A stretch of 10,538 nucleotides of DNA from Octopus sinensis (taxonomy: Eukaryota). The notes beneath the pieces were generated by a model. That model saw nothing but the letters and a program-made list of their open reading frames with translations. It did not search any database and had not been told where the DNA came from. The translations under genes were made by a program, and so were the position numbers. The stretch lies in contig NW_021827285.1 of assembly GCF_006345805.1 (NCBI RefSeq), forward strand, positions 1 to 10,538. Direction: 5' to 3'. How positions within the stretch are numbered: the first letter of the stretch is position 1; every line of letters starts with the position of its first letter. Below, one piece after another: positions 1 through 8,058 of the stretch.

Positions 1-85
1 GAAGAAGAAGGAAGAAGAAGAAGAAGAAGAAGAAGAAGAAGAGAAGAAGAAGAAGAAGAAGAAGAAGAAGAAGAAGAAGAAGAAA
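1..85. repeat. (GAA)n microsatellite, truncated by window start
   Basis: Nearly pure GAA run, seen directly. Confidence 0.98.
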
Positions 86-455
86 CGACAATAACAACAA
101 CAGAACCCTTCCCTTCCCGCCCAGATAAAAAAAAACGGGGACAGCAAGAGGAGCAAAAACAACATCAAAAATAACAATAGCTAAAACAACAAAGAGGACA
201 ACAACAAAGAGGACAACAACAAAGAGGACAACAACAACAACAGCAGCAGCAGCAGTAACAACAATTGCGATATGAACGACAATAACAACATCAACAACGA
301 CTGCAGGAAAAAAAGAAACAACAGCGGCAAAACAGGAACTAAAAATAAAACCAAAGCAACAACCACAAAAGCAAAAACAACAAGAACGTTAAAAGTAGCA
401 GCAGCAGCCGTAGCAGCAGCAGCCGTAGAAGCAGTAGCAGTAGCAACAGTAGCGT
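86..455. repeat. Degenerate AAC/CAG/GTA trinucleotide low-complexity tract with a 15-bp unit (AAAGAGGACAACAAC x3, 191-235)
   Basis: Seen directly; accounts for ORFs 181-576(-) and 272-457(+). Confidence 0.9.
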
Positions 456-506
456 AAAAATGAACACGGGTTGCAAAAATTATAACGGTAATTACTAAAA
501 CAAGAC

Positions 507-541
507 GTGTGTGTGTGTGTATAAATACACACTCACTCATT

Positions 542-578
<37 letters not shown>
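507..578. repeat. (GT)n and (CA)n dinucleotide repeats
   Basis: Seen directly. Confidence 0.95.
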
Positions 579-580
<2 letters not shown>

Positions 581-701
581 GAGACATTAAAAGCAGAAAA
601 GCAGAAATTGATAGATTATAATTTAATTATTTCCAACAGCTGTTTCAGTAGGAACAAGCATAATTAATTCTATAATTACGTAATTAAGATATATAAGTAA
701 T

Positions 702-914
702 AGTTTCAAAATTTGGCACAAGCCCAGCAATTTCGGGGGAGGGTTTAAGTCGATTATATCGACCCTATTGCTTAATTAATATTATGTTATCGACCCCGAA
801 AGGATGAAAGGCAAAGTCGACCTCGGTAGCATTTGAACTCAGAGCGTAAAGGCGGACGAAATGTCGCTAAGCATCTTGCCTGGTGATGTAACGATTCTGC
901 CAGCTCGCGGCCTT
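702..914 (-). mobile_element. Full-length tRNA-derived SINE (cephalopod-type, family A) with probable target-site duplication
   Basis: Minus strand reads GGCCGCGAGCTGGCAGAATCGTT (A-box-like), GAGTTCAAATGC (B-box-like), then GCCTTTCATCCTTTCGGGGTCGATAA (conserved SINE central module). Flanks 683-701 ATTAAGATATATAAGTAAT and 915-933 ATTAAGATACATAATTAAT match at 17/19. Confidence 0.88.
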
Positions 915-1473
915 ATTAAGATACATAATTAATGAAAATTATAATTAAAAGCACTGCTTATCCCAGATCCTGAGACTTTAATTAGTGTGACGCACACACA
1001 TACATACAGACCCACACACGTGCGCACCCACAAACTAACCTTTTAGTGAGGGAGTACGGCGCTGCCCAAGTTCGTTGATAGACCTATAGAGATAGGTGAA
1101 GGGGAGGAGGGAGGAAAGGGGAGAGGAACAGAGGGAGGTAATCTCAAACCAGAAACCGTGCCTAATAACTGCTACGGAATGAACTCTGCTAAAAGGCACC
1201 CAATGTGAGAGGAAGTACAAATGGGTGTGAGGTGAGGAATTAAGTGTCTCACCCAGAGAGGCCATAGCAGTTTTCGAATTCCGAACCCCAAAAGCCGGAA
1301 CGAATAGTACAGAACATCCGTTTTGTCATTCTCACAATTCCGCCAATCCACAGCCTCGAACAGCTTATCTTTTCATTGACCCAAATACGAGAAGCAAAAT
1401 GAGCTTCGACTGGATTTGAAATCAGGGCACAGAACAAATTACTCACAAAGGTATCACAAGGCAGAGTATTTAT

Positions 1474-1640
1474 AGCTGCAGGCTTGGTTGCGTGTTAAGT
1501 AGCTTGCTTGCCAACCACACGGTTCCGGATTCAATCCCACTGAGCGGCACTACGGGCAGGTGTCTTCTACTATACCCTCGGGCCAACCAAAGCCTTGTAA
1601 GTGGATTTGTTAAACGGAAACTGAAAGAAGCTCATCGTAT
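1474..1640 (+). mobile_element. tRNA-derived SINE (family B), 5' half only
   Basis: A-box-like TGGTTGCGTGTTAAG and B-box-like GATTCAATCCC, then GGCAGGTGTCTTCTACTATA...ACGGAAACTGAAAGAAGC. Homologous to 4350-4758, 6965-7489 and 9938-10040 in this window. Confidence 0.88.
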
Positions 1641-1837
1641 ATGTGACCGCGTGTGTATCGTTGGCGATTTTCTTTCTACGTTTTCCCTTCTTTGGACTTT
1701 CTTTATATTTCTGACGAAGAGCTCTGCTCGATACGTGAAATCTTCCTTCTTTCTTTCATTTCCTGAGCGTCCAGTAACACTATATTTATTCCACATCCTC
1801 GCGTTGTTGTGTTCTCTTTGTTCATGTTTGGATTAAC
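1641..1837 (+). mobile_element. Penelope-like terminal repeat fragment with mutated hammerhead motif
   Basis: Aligns with 9630-9764. Motif at 1707-1741: ATTT-CTGACGA-A-GAGC-tct-GCTC-GATAC-GTG-AAAT, with GAAA changed to GATA and a GTG triplet. Penelope assignment is inferred from the minimal hammerhead architecture. Confidence 0.65.
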
Positions 1838-1848
1838 TACATATATAC

Positions 1849-1879
<31 letters not shown>

Positions 1880-2049
1880 GGGAGAGTTTACGAAAAAAAC
1901 AAAAGTCGAAGACAGGTGGTGTACAAAACAAACAGATGTATTAGTATAACGCCCAGGAATAGAAAAAGTCTTTTACGTTTCGAGCCTACGTTCTTCTACA
2001 GAAAGAGACACTGAAGAAAAAGGAGAGAAAAAATGTGTGTAGTGGCTAA

Positions 2050-2051
<2 letters not shown>
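1880..2051 (-). mobile_element. Related Penelope-like terminal repeat (minus strand) with variant hammerhead motif
   Basis: Minus strand 2009-1968: GTCTCTTT-CTGTAGA-A-GAAC-gtag-GCTC-GAAAC-GTA-AAAGAC, followed by TTCCTGGGCGT...AATACAT, as in the plus-strand copies. Confidence 0.62.
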
Positions 2052-2087
<36 letters not shown>

Positions 2088-2088
2088 A

Positions 2089-2988
2089 GATTTGTAACGG
2101 TAACACACGAGTAAGTAGATATTTATGAAAAACAAGAACGAAAATGCTACTTTCTTAAAATTGAGTTCATTTTAATTTCCCTTTTATATGTTTCGGATTT
2201 TGAAAAAAAAACCTTACCAAAAATATGTACTAAAATGGAATATGTAAAGAGAAAAGAACTATTAAAAAAATTAAATTAAGATTAAATTTAACATTCATAG
2301 TTTACTCTCCGTTTTCCTGCAAGAACACGTGATAATATCCTTTGGATCTGATAGCATGACAAGTTCAACTGACTGTGACCGCGAATTACTATTATCTGTT
2401 TTCAAAACAGATACTAGTAATTTGCGGTCACAGTCAGTTGAACTTATGCTACCAGAACCAAAGAATATCACGTGCTCTTGCAAGAAAAAGGAAAGTAAAC
2501 TATGATTGTTAAATTTAATTTAATTTTTTTAAATAGTTCTTTTTTCTTTACATATTCCATTTTGGTGCATATTTTTGATAAGGTTTTTTTCTCAATTTTA
2601 AGAAAGTAGCATTTTCGTTCTTGCAGCGTGGAAGGTGTTTGTAAGCCATTTAAGAAACACACAAAAGCCGTTCGATTCACTTCAACATTTGTCAATATAT
2701 TTTCCTCGCTAAAATCCGCGACCTGTTCACTGACAAAAATCCGTGCTGCATTTTTGTCAGTGAACAGGTCGCGGATTTTAGCGAGGAAAATATATTGACA
2801 AATGTTGAAGTGAATCGAACGGCTTTTGTGTGTTTCTTAAATGGCTTACAGACACCTTCCACGCTGCAATTGTTTTTGTTCCAGCACACGATCTCAGATC
2901 AAATCACTTGCTATGCGAGTACATCTCCGTAATTTTCGTTCTTGTTTTTCATAAATATCTACTTACTCGTGTGTTACCGCTACAAATC
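2089..2988. mobile_element. Composite foldback/MITE-like element: 57-bp TIRs enclosing two long hairpins
   Basis: 2089-2145 is the reverse complement of 2932-2988 (1 mismatch). Hairpin 1 spans 2133-2623, centred on 2403. Hairpin 2 has arms 2621-2740 and 2750-2869 (120 bp, 1 mismatch, 9-nt loop). No clear TSD. Confidence 0.85.
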
Positions 2989-2996
2989 CTTAGATT

Positions 2997-3078
2997 GAGG
3001 TTCAGGAAGAATGAAAACTTATTTGACGTTTCGAGCATACGCTCATCCACGGAGAAGAATAAAAGGGAGAGAAGAAAG
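2997..3078 (-). mobile_element. Degenerate Penelope-like terminal repeat fragment with hammerhead-like motif
   Basis: Minus strand: pyrimidine tract, then CCGTGGA-T-GAGC-gtat-GCTC-GAAAC-GTC (3052-3025), then TTCCTGA. Same layout as the other copies. Confidence 0.55.
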
Positions 3079-3113
3079 TGTGCCTAGATTTACTGTTTCA
3101 CATACTTATTGCA

Positions 3114-3187
3114 TGTATGTATGTATGTATGTATGTATGTATGTATGTATGTATGTATGTATGTATGTATATGTATGTATATGGATG

Positions 3188-3218
<31 letters not shown>

Positions 3219-3252
3219 ATGTATATACACACATAATACATATATATATATA
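3114..3252. repeat. (TATG)n/(TA)n compound microsatellite
   Basis: Seen directly. Confidence 0.95.
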
Positions 3253-3346
3253 GACATACTCACACACATGTACACTCGCAATCATTGATGAGGCTCGAAT
3301 AACGACCTATGAGGTGTTAGATTAATATAAATAACGTATCGTGGAA

Positions 3347-3358
3347 TGTGTCTGTGTG

Positions 3359-3418
<60 letters not shown>

Positions 3419-3550
3419 CATATATATATATATATATATAAATGTCTCTACAATTTATTTCTATGCAGAATCATATAATATGTTCATGGTTGAGTATGTG
3501 TGTGTGTGTGTGCGTGTGTGTATGTGTGTGTGCGTGTGCGTGTGTGTGTC
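3347..3550. repeat. (TATC)n, (TA)n and (GT)n microsatellites
   Basis: Seen directly. Confidence 0.93.
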
Positions 3551-3651
3551 TGTACGTATGATGTATGCGTCGTATTTATTTATTTCTTGAGAGTAGATAT
3601 ATAATGCCATAAACTCTGACACTCGTCATCTTCCATTGCATCAGTGAAGGT

Positions 3652-3750
3652 AAGGAGAGGAAGAGGAGGAGCAGGAGTGAGAAGAAGAGGAGGATGTGGG
3701 AAGAAGGGGAATGGAGAGGAAGAGAAGGACGAGGAGGAGGAGGAGGAAGT
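3652..3750. repeat. GA-rich (GGA/GAA) polypurine tract
   Basis: Seen directly. Confidence 0.85.
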
Positions 3751-3814
3751 GTGAAAGCGTCCGAGTGACAGACGAGAGTTATTTTATTGCTATTTGCTTG
3801 GTCTCCAGCGGAAG

Positions 3815-4148
3815 GATCGTGGTGGTGGTAGTAGTTGTAGTATAGGTGGTAGTAGTAGTGGTAGTAGTGGTGGTGGTGGTAGAAGTGGTGGTGGTAGTAG
3901 TGGTGGTGGTGGTAGTAGTGGTGGTGGTGGTGGTGGTGGTGGTAGTAGTGGTGGTGGTGGTGGTGGTGGTAGAAGTGGTGGTGGTGGTAGTAGTGGTGGT
4001 GGTGATAGTAGTTGTGGTCGTGGTAGTAGTGGTGGTGCTGGTAGTGGTGGTGGTAGAAGTGGTGGTGGTGGTAGTAGTGGTGGTGGTGGTGGTGGTCACT
4101 CTTAACACTATCTCAATCACCACCACCACCACCACCACCACCACGATC
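3815..4148. repeat. (GGT/AGT)n tract followed by inverted (CAC)n tract
   Basis: GGT/AGT array at about 3819-4096 and (CAC)n at 4118-4144. Explains the poly-V, poly-T and poly-G ORFs. Confidence 0.95.
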
Positions 4149-4183
4149 GCCTATGTTCACTTTCACTTATACACATAAATTCA

Positions 4184-4290
4184 CGCATGGCTCAGTAGTT
4201 AAAGGTGTTGGACTCAAGATCGAATGATTGTGGTTTCGATTCCTGAACCGAGCAAAGCGCTGAGTTCTTGAGCAAAACACTTCATTTCAC
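4184..4290 (+). mobile_element. tRNA-derived SINE head (family C), 3'-truncated
   Basis: A-box TGGCTCAGTAGTT (4188-4200) and B-box GGTTTCGATTCC (4232-4243), then CTTGAGCAAAACACTTCATTTCAC resembling a CORE/V-type SINE central domain. No acceptor stem for a real tRNA. Confidence 0.75.
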
Positions 4291-4349
4291 ATAACTTCGC
4301 TAAGCTTGAACTGGAGTTCAAGCTGAGTGGCTCATACACGCCTCATCAT

Positions 4350-4758
4350 AGGTGCTTTCCAACCACATGACTCCGAGTTCAATCCCACTTCGTGACACGT
4401 TGGACAAGTGTCTTCTACTATAGCCTTGGTCAAAATCTTGTAAGTGTATTTGGTAGACGGAAACTGAAAGAAGCCCATCGTATGTATGCATGTATGTATG
4501 CATGTATGAATGTATATATGCATTTATGTGTGTATGTGAGTCTGTCTCTGTCCTCAGCCCCTCACTGCTTGACAACCGGTGTTGGTGTGTTTATCTGCTA
4601 GTAACCTAACAGTTCTGCAAAAGAGATCGATAAAATTAATTACCAGGTTTAACAAAAATCTAAGTTCCGAGGTCGTTTCGATCGGCTAAAAATTCCTCAA
4701 GGCGGTGCCCCAGCATGGCCGCAGTCTAATGCCTGTAACGAGCGAAAGACAAAAGATA
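4350..4758 (+). mobile_element. SINE family B, near full-length with internal (TATG)n
   Basis: GAGTTCAATCCC B-box, the shared GACGGAAACTGAAAGAAGCCC body and an internal microsatellite. 3' end CAAGGCGGTGCCCCAGCATGGCCGCAGTC...AAAAGATA is shared with 7430-7489. Confidence 0.88.
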
Positions 4759-4904
4759 ACTACGAGTAGTTTGCACATCAACGCTGACGCTGACAGGATC
4801 AATGGCAAACGGAGGGATCGAGGCAGAGGTATAAAACCCACTTCGAATGGCCTTTAAAACGCCGCTTCGTTTCCTTGTGAACAACATACAGAGAAAGGGA
4901 GACA

Positions 4905-5600
4905 TCACGTGTTTGCATTTGGGAATTCATTAGGAATACTCTGCCAAAAAATATTTACGATTTTCATAGAAAATTCAAGCCTTGAATTCAAGAGTTGAAT
5001 CGCTCGAAAGTTCTGCATATTCTTCTTAGCTTTTAATGGCGGATGTTTTACGCGCTCTACAACAACCGTGAACGGATTTTTGGATTCAATCCAATTGGTA
5101 ATGCCTAATTCTGGCAAAAAAATATTTCTGGAAATTGCTTTCTCCAAATGATCAATTATTATTTGCTTGATCAAACCAAAATTCTATGCATTTTCAAAAA
5201 TAAAATCCTGTTCATCGGAGAACATTTCTAATTCATAATTTTCTGTTTAGCATGTCGCTATGCTTTATTTTTGTTTCTGTGAAAGCTTAAATTTTAGATT
5301 CAAATAGGAAAATATTGGTGTTCTCTCCTTTTAGAGGCATTAAATTCATTAAGTTTTCCAAAACCATTCAACAAATAGCATAATTTACAAAACCAATCTT
5401 CTTTGTGAAACAAATTAGCCAAATCTGAATTTCGTTACGACAGGAATATTACGACTTCATATTTTAAATTCTAATGGCTGTTCCAAAGCTCATTCATTTG
5501 AGAAACATAACGCTTCTGTTTCCAATAAAACTTTGCTGAAATTAGATTCCATTTCGCAAAAGAGATTTGCAGAGAGGCGTCTATTGAGTACACGATTCTT
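4905..5600 (-). pseudogene. Decayed hAT (Charlie/Buster; ZBED8/FAM200/SCAND3-like) transposase, C-terminal part
   Basis: Manual translation across stops and frameshifts: KNRVLNRRLSANLFCEMESNFSKVLLETEALCFSNE*ALEQPLEFK / EVVIFLS*RNSDLANLFHKEDWFCKLCYLLNGFGKLNEFN / PLKGENTNIFLFESKI*AF ... LEMF ... IIDHL ... KNPF ... FWQSIPNEFP. These match the family motifs SRALNSRLF, HTEVRWLS, WLxKLAYLxDIFxKLNELNLxLQG, WIRNPF and FW...EYP. Confidence 0.88.
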
Positions 5601-5623
5601 CGCCTGTCTTGTATATCAGATAG

Positions 5624-6355
5624 GATACACAGGGCATATTTCCTTGGTGCTCATACACCATCCATGATATCGCATTCCTAATTTTGTCTGTTCTGTTTAT
5701 CACATATGAAACACAAAACATATTTCCCTGGCATCCACGCAACATACATGATACACATTCCCAATATTGCTCGTATGGTGTACCACATGTGATACACAGG
5801 ATATACTTCTCTGGTGTCCATGTATCATATACTAGCAGTATCGCCCGGCGTTGCTCGGGTTTGTAAGCGAAATAACTATAAAGCATTTTTAGAGAGTTAT
5901 AGCCAAAAATAGCAAAAAAATGGGAAAAAAATGATGGTAAGTTTTTTTTTTAGTTAAAAAGGTCGAGTTGCGTCCCCTAGACAGTCTGTGGTTTGTGTTT
6001 CTGATTCTCGACCCCATGTCGAATTATCGATTTTTTTCAGAACTGGGGGGAACTTTTCAAAATTTTCGCTGCGTTAGTTTTGAATTATGACATTGGGCTA
6101 TGTGTGTGTCAAGTCTCATCAGAATCGGTTGAAAGCCGTGGTCAGGGTGAGGGTACAACCTAACAGACACACAGAAACACACACAGACAAACTGCCGTTT
6201 ATATAGAGAGAGATGAAACACAAAACATATTTCCCTGGCATCTACGCAACATACATGATACACATTCCCAATATTGCTTGAATGGTGTATCACATGTTAT
6301 ACACAGGACATTCTTCTCTGGTGTCCATGTATCATATATGATACACATTCCCAAT
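5624..6355. repeat. Degenerate 41-42-bp minisatellite with 125-bp higher-order unit, split by a Helitron
   Basis: GATACAC/GAAACAC-like unit starts at 5624, 5666, 5708, 5750 and 5791, then after the Helitron at 6215, 6257, 6298 and 6340. Segment 5707-5831 is nearly identical to 6214-6338. Confidence 0.85.
5832..6213 (-). mobile_element. Complete non-autonomous Helitron (382 bp)
   Basis: Minus strand begins TC (TCTCTCTCTATATAAACGGC) and ends CTAG, with a GC-rich subterminal hairpin CCCGAGCAACGCCGGG (5844-5859). Inserted between A and T with no TSD. Internal CAAGTCTCATCAGAATCGGTT and ACAG/AC repeats are typical of small invertebrate Helitrons. Confidence 0.9.
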
Positions 6356-6456
6356 GTTTTTCAACCACCACAGTAATTTAGGACTAATGAAAGGAAAGCT
6401 GCTATATGTAAATCTCATAACGAGAGACACTCAGCAACAGTACTTTAGAGTAAAGA

Positions 6457-6675
6457 TTATTTGCCAACATAACATGGCAGTCCTGGTTTAGGACAAATGT
6501 TGCCGTAATTTAGCCCCTGGAGACATCGTCTCCAGCTGGCCATACGACACGATCTGCGTCCTTATATTTTCGACACAGATGGAGTCGTATAGCCAGCTGG
6601 AGACGATGTCTCCTGGGACTAAATTACAGCAACATTTGTCCTAAACCAGGACTGCCATGTCACGTTGGCAAATAA
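6457..6675. mobile_element. Foldback MITE (about 104-bp arms, 11-nt loop)
   Basis: TTATTTGCCAAC...ATCTGCGTC (6457-6560) pairs with GACACAGAT...GTTGGCAAATAA (6572-6675), with scattered mismatches. Confidence 0.85.
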
Positions 6676-6786
6676 AGGACAGCTATATATTATTCAGAAC
6701 GTATGAAACAAGAACTTACTAAAAATCTATAAATAAACACGGACGTTTAGGAGAAATTTATGAAAATACTTCGGACAGGCAAAGGA

Positions 6787-6960
6787 TTAATGAATTTAAT
6801 AATTTTTACTGCATCTTGCAACACTGCATTCAGATCTGCAGGGACTTTTTAAAGACATAAACGCCTCTCGGTGGATCATATAATGAGTGAAGGTGACAGG
6901 ATTTTGGCTTTACAGATTTGATTTTAATTTGAAATCCAGTTTTCTCCGTGCAATAACTGT
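6787..6960 (-). pseudogene. Decayed hAT transposase, central CxxH segment
   Basis: GETGFQIKIKSVKPK / PVTFTHYMIHREAFMSLKSP / ADLNAVLQDAVKIIKFI matches the Charlie/Buster consensus THCxIHREAL...LxxVLxDAVKIINFIK. Confidence 0.88.
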
Positions 6961-6964
6961 CGTA

Positions 6965-7134
6965 ACAATGTGCTTTCAGGTTGAGTCCCACTGCGCGGTA
7001 CTTTGTGCAAGTGCCTTCTATTTATAGCCCCAGGTTGAGTGAATTTGGCTGACGGAAACTGCGTGGAAACCCGTCGTATCTATCTATCTATCTGTATGTA
7101 TGTATGTATGTATGTATGTATGTATGTATGTATG

Positions 7135-7165
<31 letters not shown>

Positions 7166-7489
7166 TATATATATATAATATATATATATATGAACATAGA
7201 TATGTACATATGTGTGCATGTATATTTATGTATGTATGTATGTATGTATGTATGTATTATGTATGTGTCTTTGTGTTTGTGCTTGTGTTTATTGGTAACG
7301 GCTTGTTTATCATCTTGTAATCTAAGGATTCAGCAAAAGAGACCGCTAGAATAACCGCGAAACTTTAAAAAGAAATAGTGTGTGTGGCGGTGTGGCGGTG
7401 AGAGAGGCGACTTGTTGTACTAAACCTTTCAAAGCGGTGCTCCAGCATGACCACAATCCTATGCCAGAACCAAATAAAAGATAAAAGAG
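6965..7489 (+). mobile_element. SINE family B-related copy, 5'-truncated, with expanded internal (TATG)/(TA) tract
   Basis: GGTTGAGTCCCACTGCG...GACGGAAACTG...CCCGTCG, microsatellite at about 7077-7265, then GCAAAAGAGACCG...GCGGTGCTCCAGCATGACCAC...AAAAGATAAAAGA. Confidence 0.82.
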
Positions 7490-7495
7490 AAGAAG

Positions 7496-8058
7496 ACTTA
7501 TTTCACTTCTTGCAGGAAGTTCCTCGCCATATTGGTTACCATTAATTTCTGAAATACGAAAAGCAACAAAATTATTTGAATGAGTAAATTTCCTTAATTC
7601 ACAAACTTCAATTTTTTTCGGTAATTCTGCGAACAATTTCTGTCATTTTAATCGTTGCTGTTAACACAAATTCTTCGCCGATGCTGGGTGGATTTTTTCT
7701 TTTTTTAAATTTTCTAACTGTTGCATTTAAATAACCAATATCAAAGGACGTCCTTAAGTATTTCACTGTGTCGATTCTATGAATAGGTTTCTCAAAAGAT
7801 TGCTTCTGTTTACTGAAAGATTCCAATAGCCTTTCAAAACGAATAAATACAACCAAAAAAGACCTCTATAGGCTTACTGCTCGTATAAGAGGAATGTCTT
7901 GAATCAAAACGTGTCTTTTTCCTTTTTTGCTTTATAAGCTTCATACTCTCGGCCGTCAAACAATCGTTACAAATTAAGCAGACAGACATTTCTTAGTTAT
8001 TTTTCAAAGCAAAAGTAAATCCATATTGGAAATAATAAGAATCATTACATTTCCTCTT
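7496..8058 (-). pseudogene. Decayed hAT transposase, N-terminal BED zinc-finger region
   Basis: KRKCNDSYYFQYGFTFALKNN*EMSVCLICNDCLTAESMK...KRH/DSRHSSYTSSKPIEVF...FERLLESFSKQKQSF...YLRTSFDIGYL...KNPPSIGEEFVLTATIKMTEIV...ELRKFTHSNNFVAFRISEI. Matches the family motifs KRKY..YL.YGF, CxxC, ESMKPSKLKRHLETKH, KPHTIGExLILPA and PLSNNTVxRRI. Confidence 0.9.

Larger units (their letters stand above)
5601..6786. mobile_element. Probable non-autonomous piggyBac-like insertion interrupting the hAT transposase
   Basis: Right end GACAGGCAAAGGA followed by TTAA (6787-6790); left end GCCTGTC (5602-5608) is its inverted match. Rejoining the transposase (KFI|KNRVLN) restores ACGATTC-TTAA-TGAA. The left TTAA/TIR appears partly deleted. 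Confidence 0.5.

Noticed and set aside
3284-3306. TTGATGAGGCTCGAATAACG as another hammerhead
   Set aside because: No room for stem II, no intact GAAA and no flanking stem I.
3779-4178. Gly/Ser-, Val- and Thr-rich ORFs
   Set aside because: Translations of the (GGT)n microsatellite in several frames.
4184-4260. Possible tRNA gene
   Set aside because: A and B boxes are present, but there is no good cloverleaf or T-run terminator and it continues into SINE body sequence.
5624-6355. CRISPR-like or coding interpretation of the 42-bp periodic repeat (ORF 5581-5886 with recurring CVSY)
   Set aside because: Units are degenerate along their whole length with no constant repeat and unique spacer, there are no cas genes, and the context is eukaryotic. 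The 41-bp units shift the frame and the ORF begins inside the Helitron.
4905-8058. Functional domesticated ZBED/Buster-type host gene with introns
   Set aside because: Multiple stops and frameshifts, mutated RW and CxxH motifs, a missing catalytic segment, and interruptions that are TEs rather than introns.
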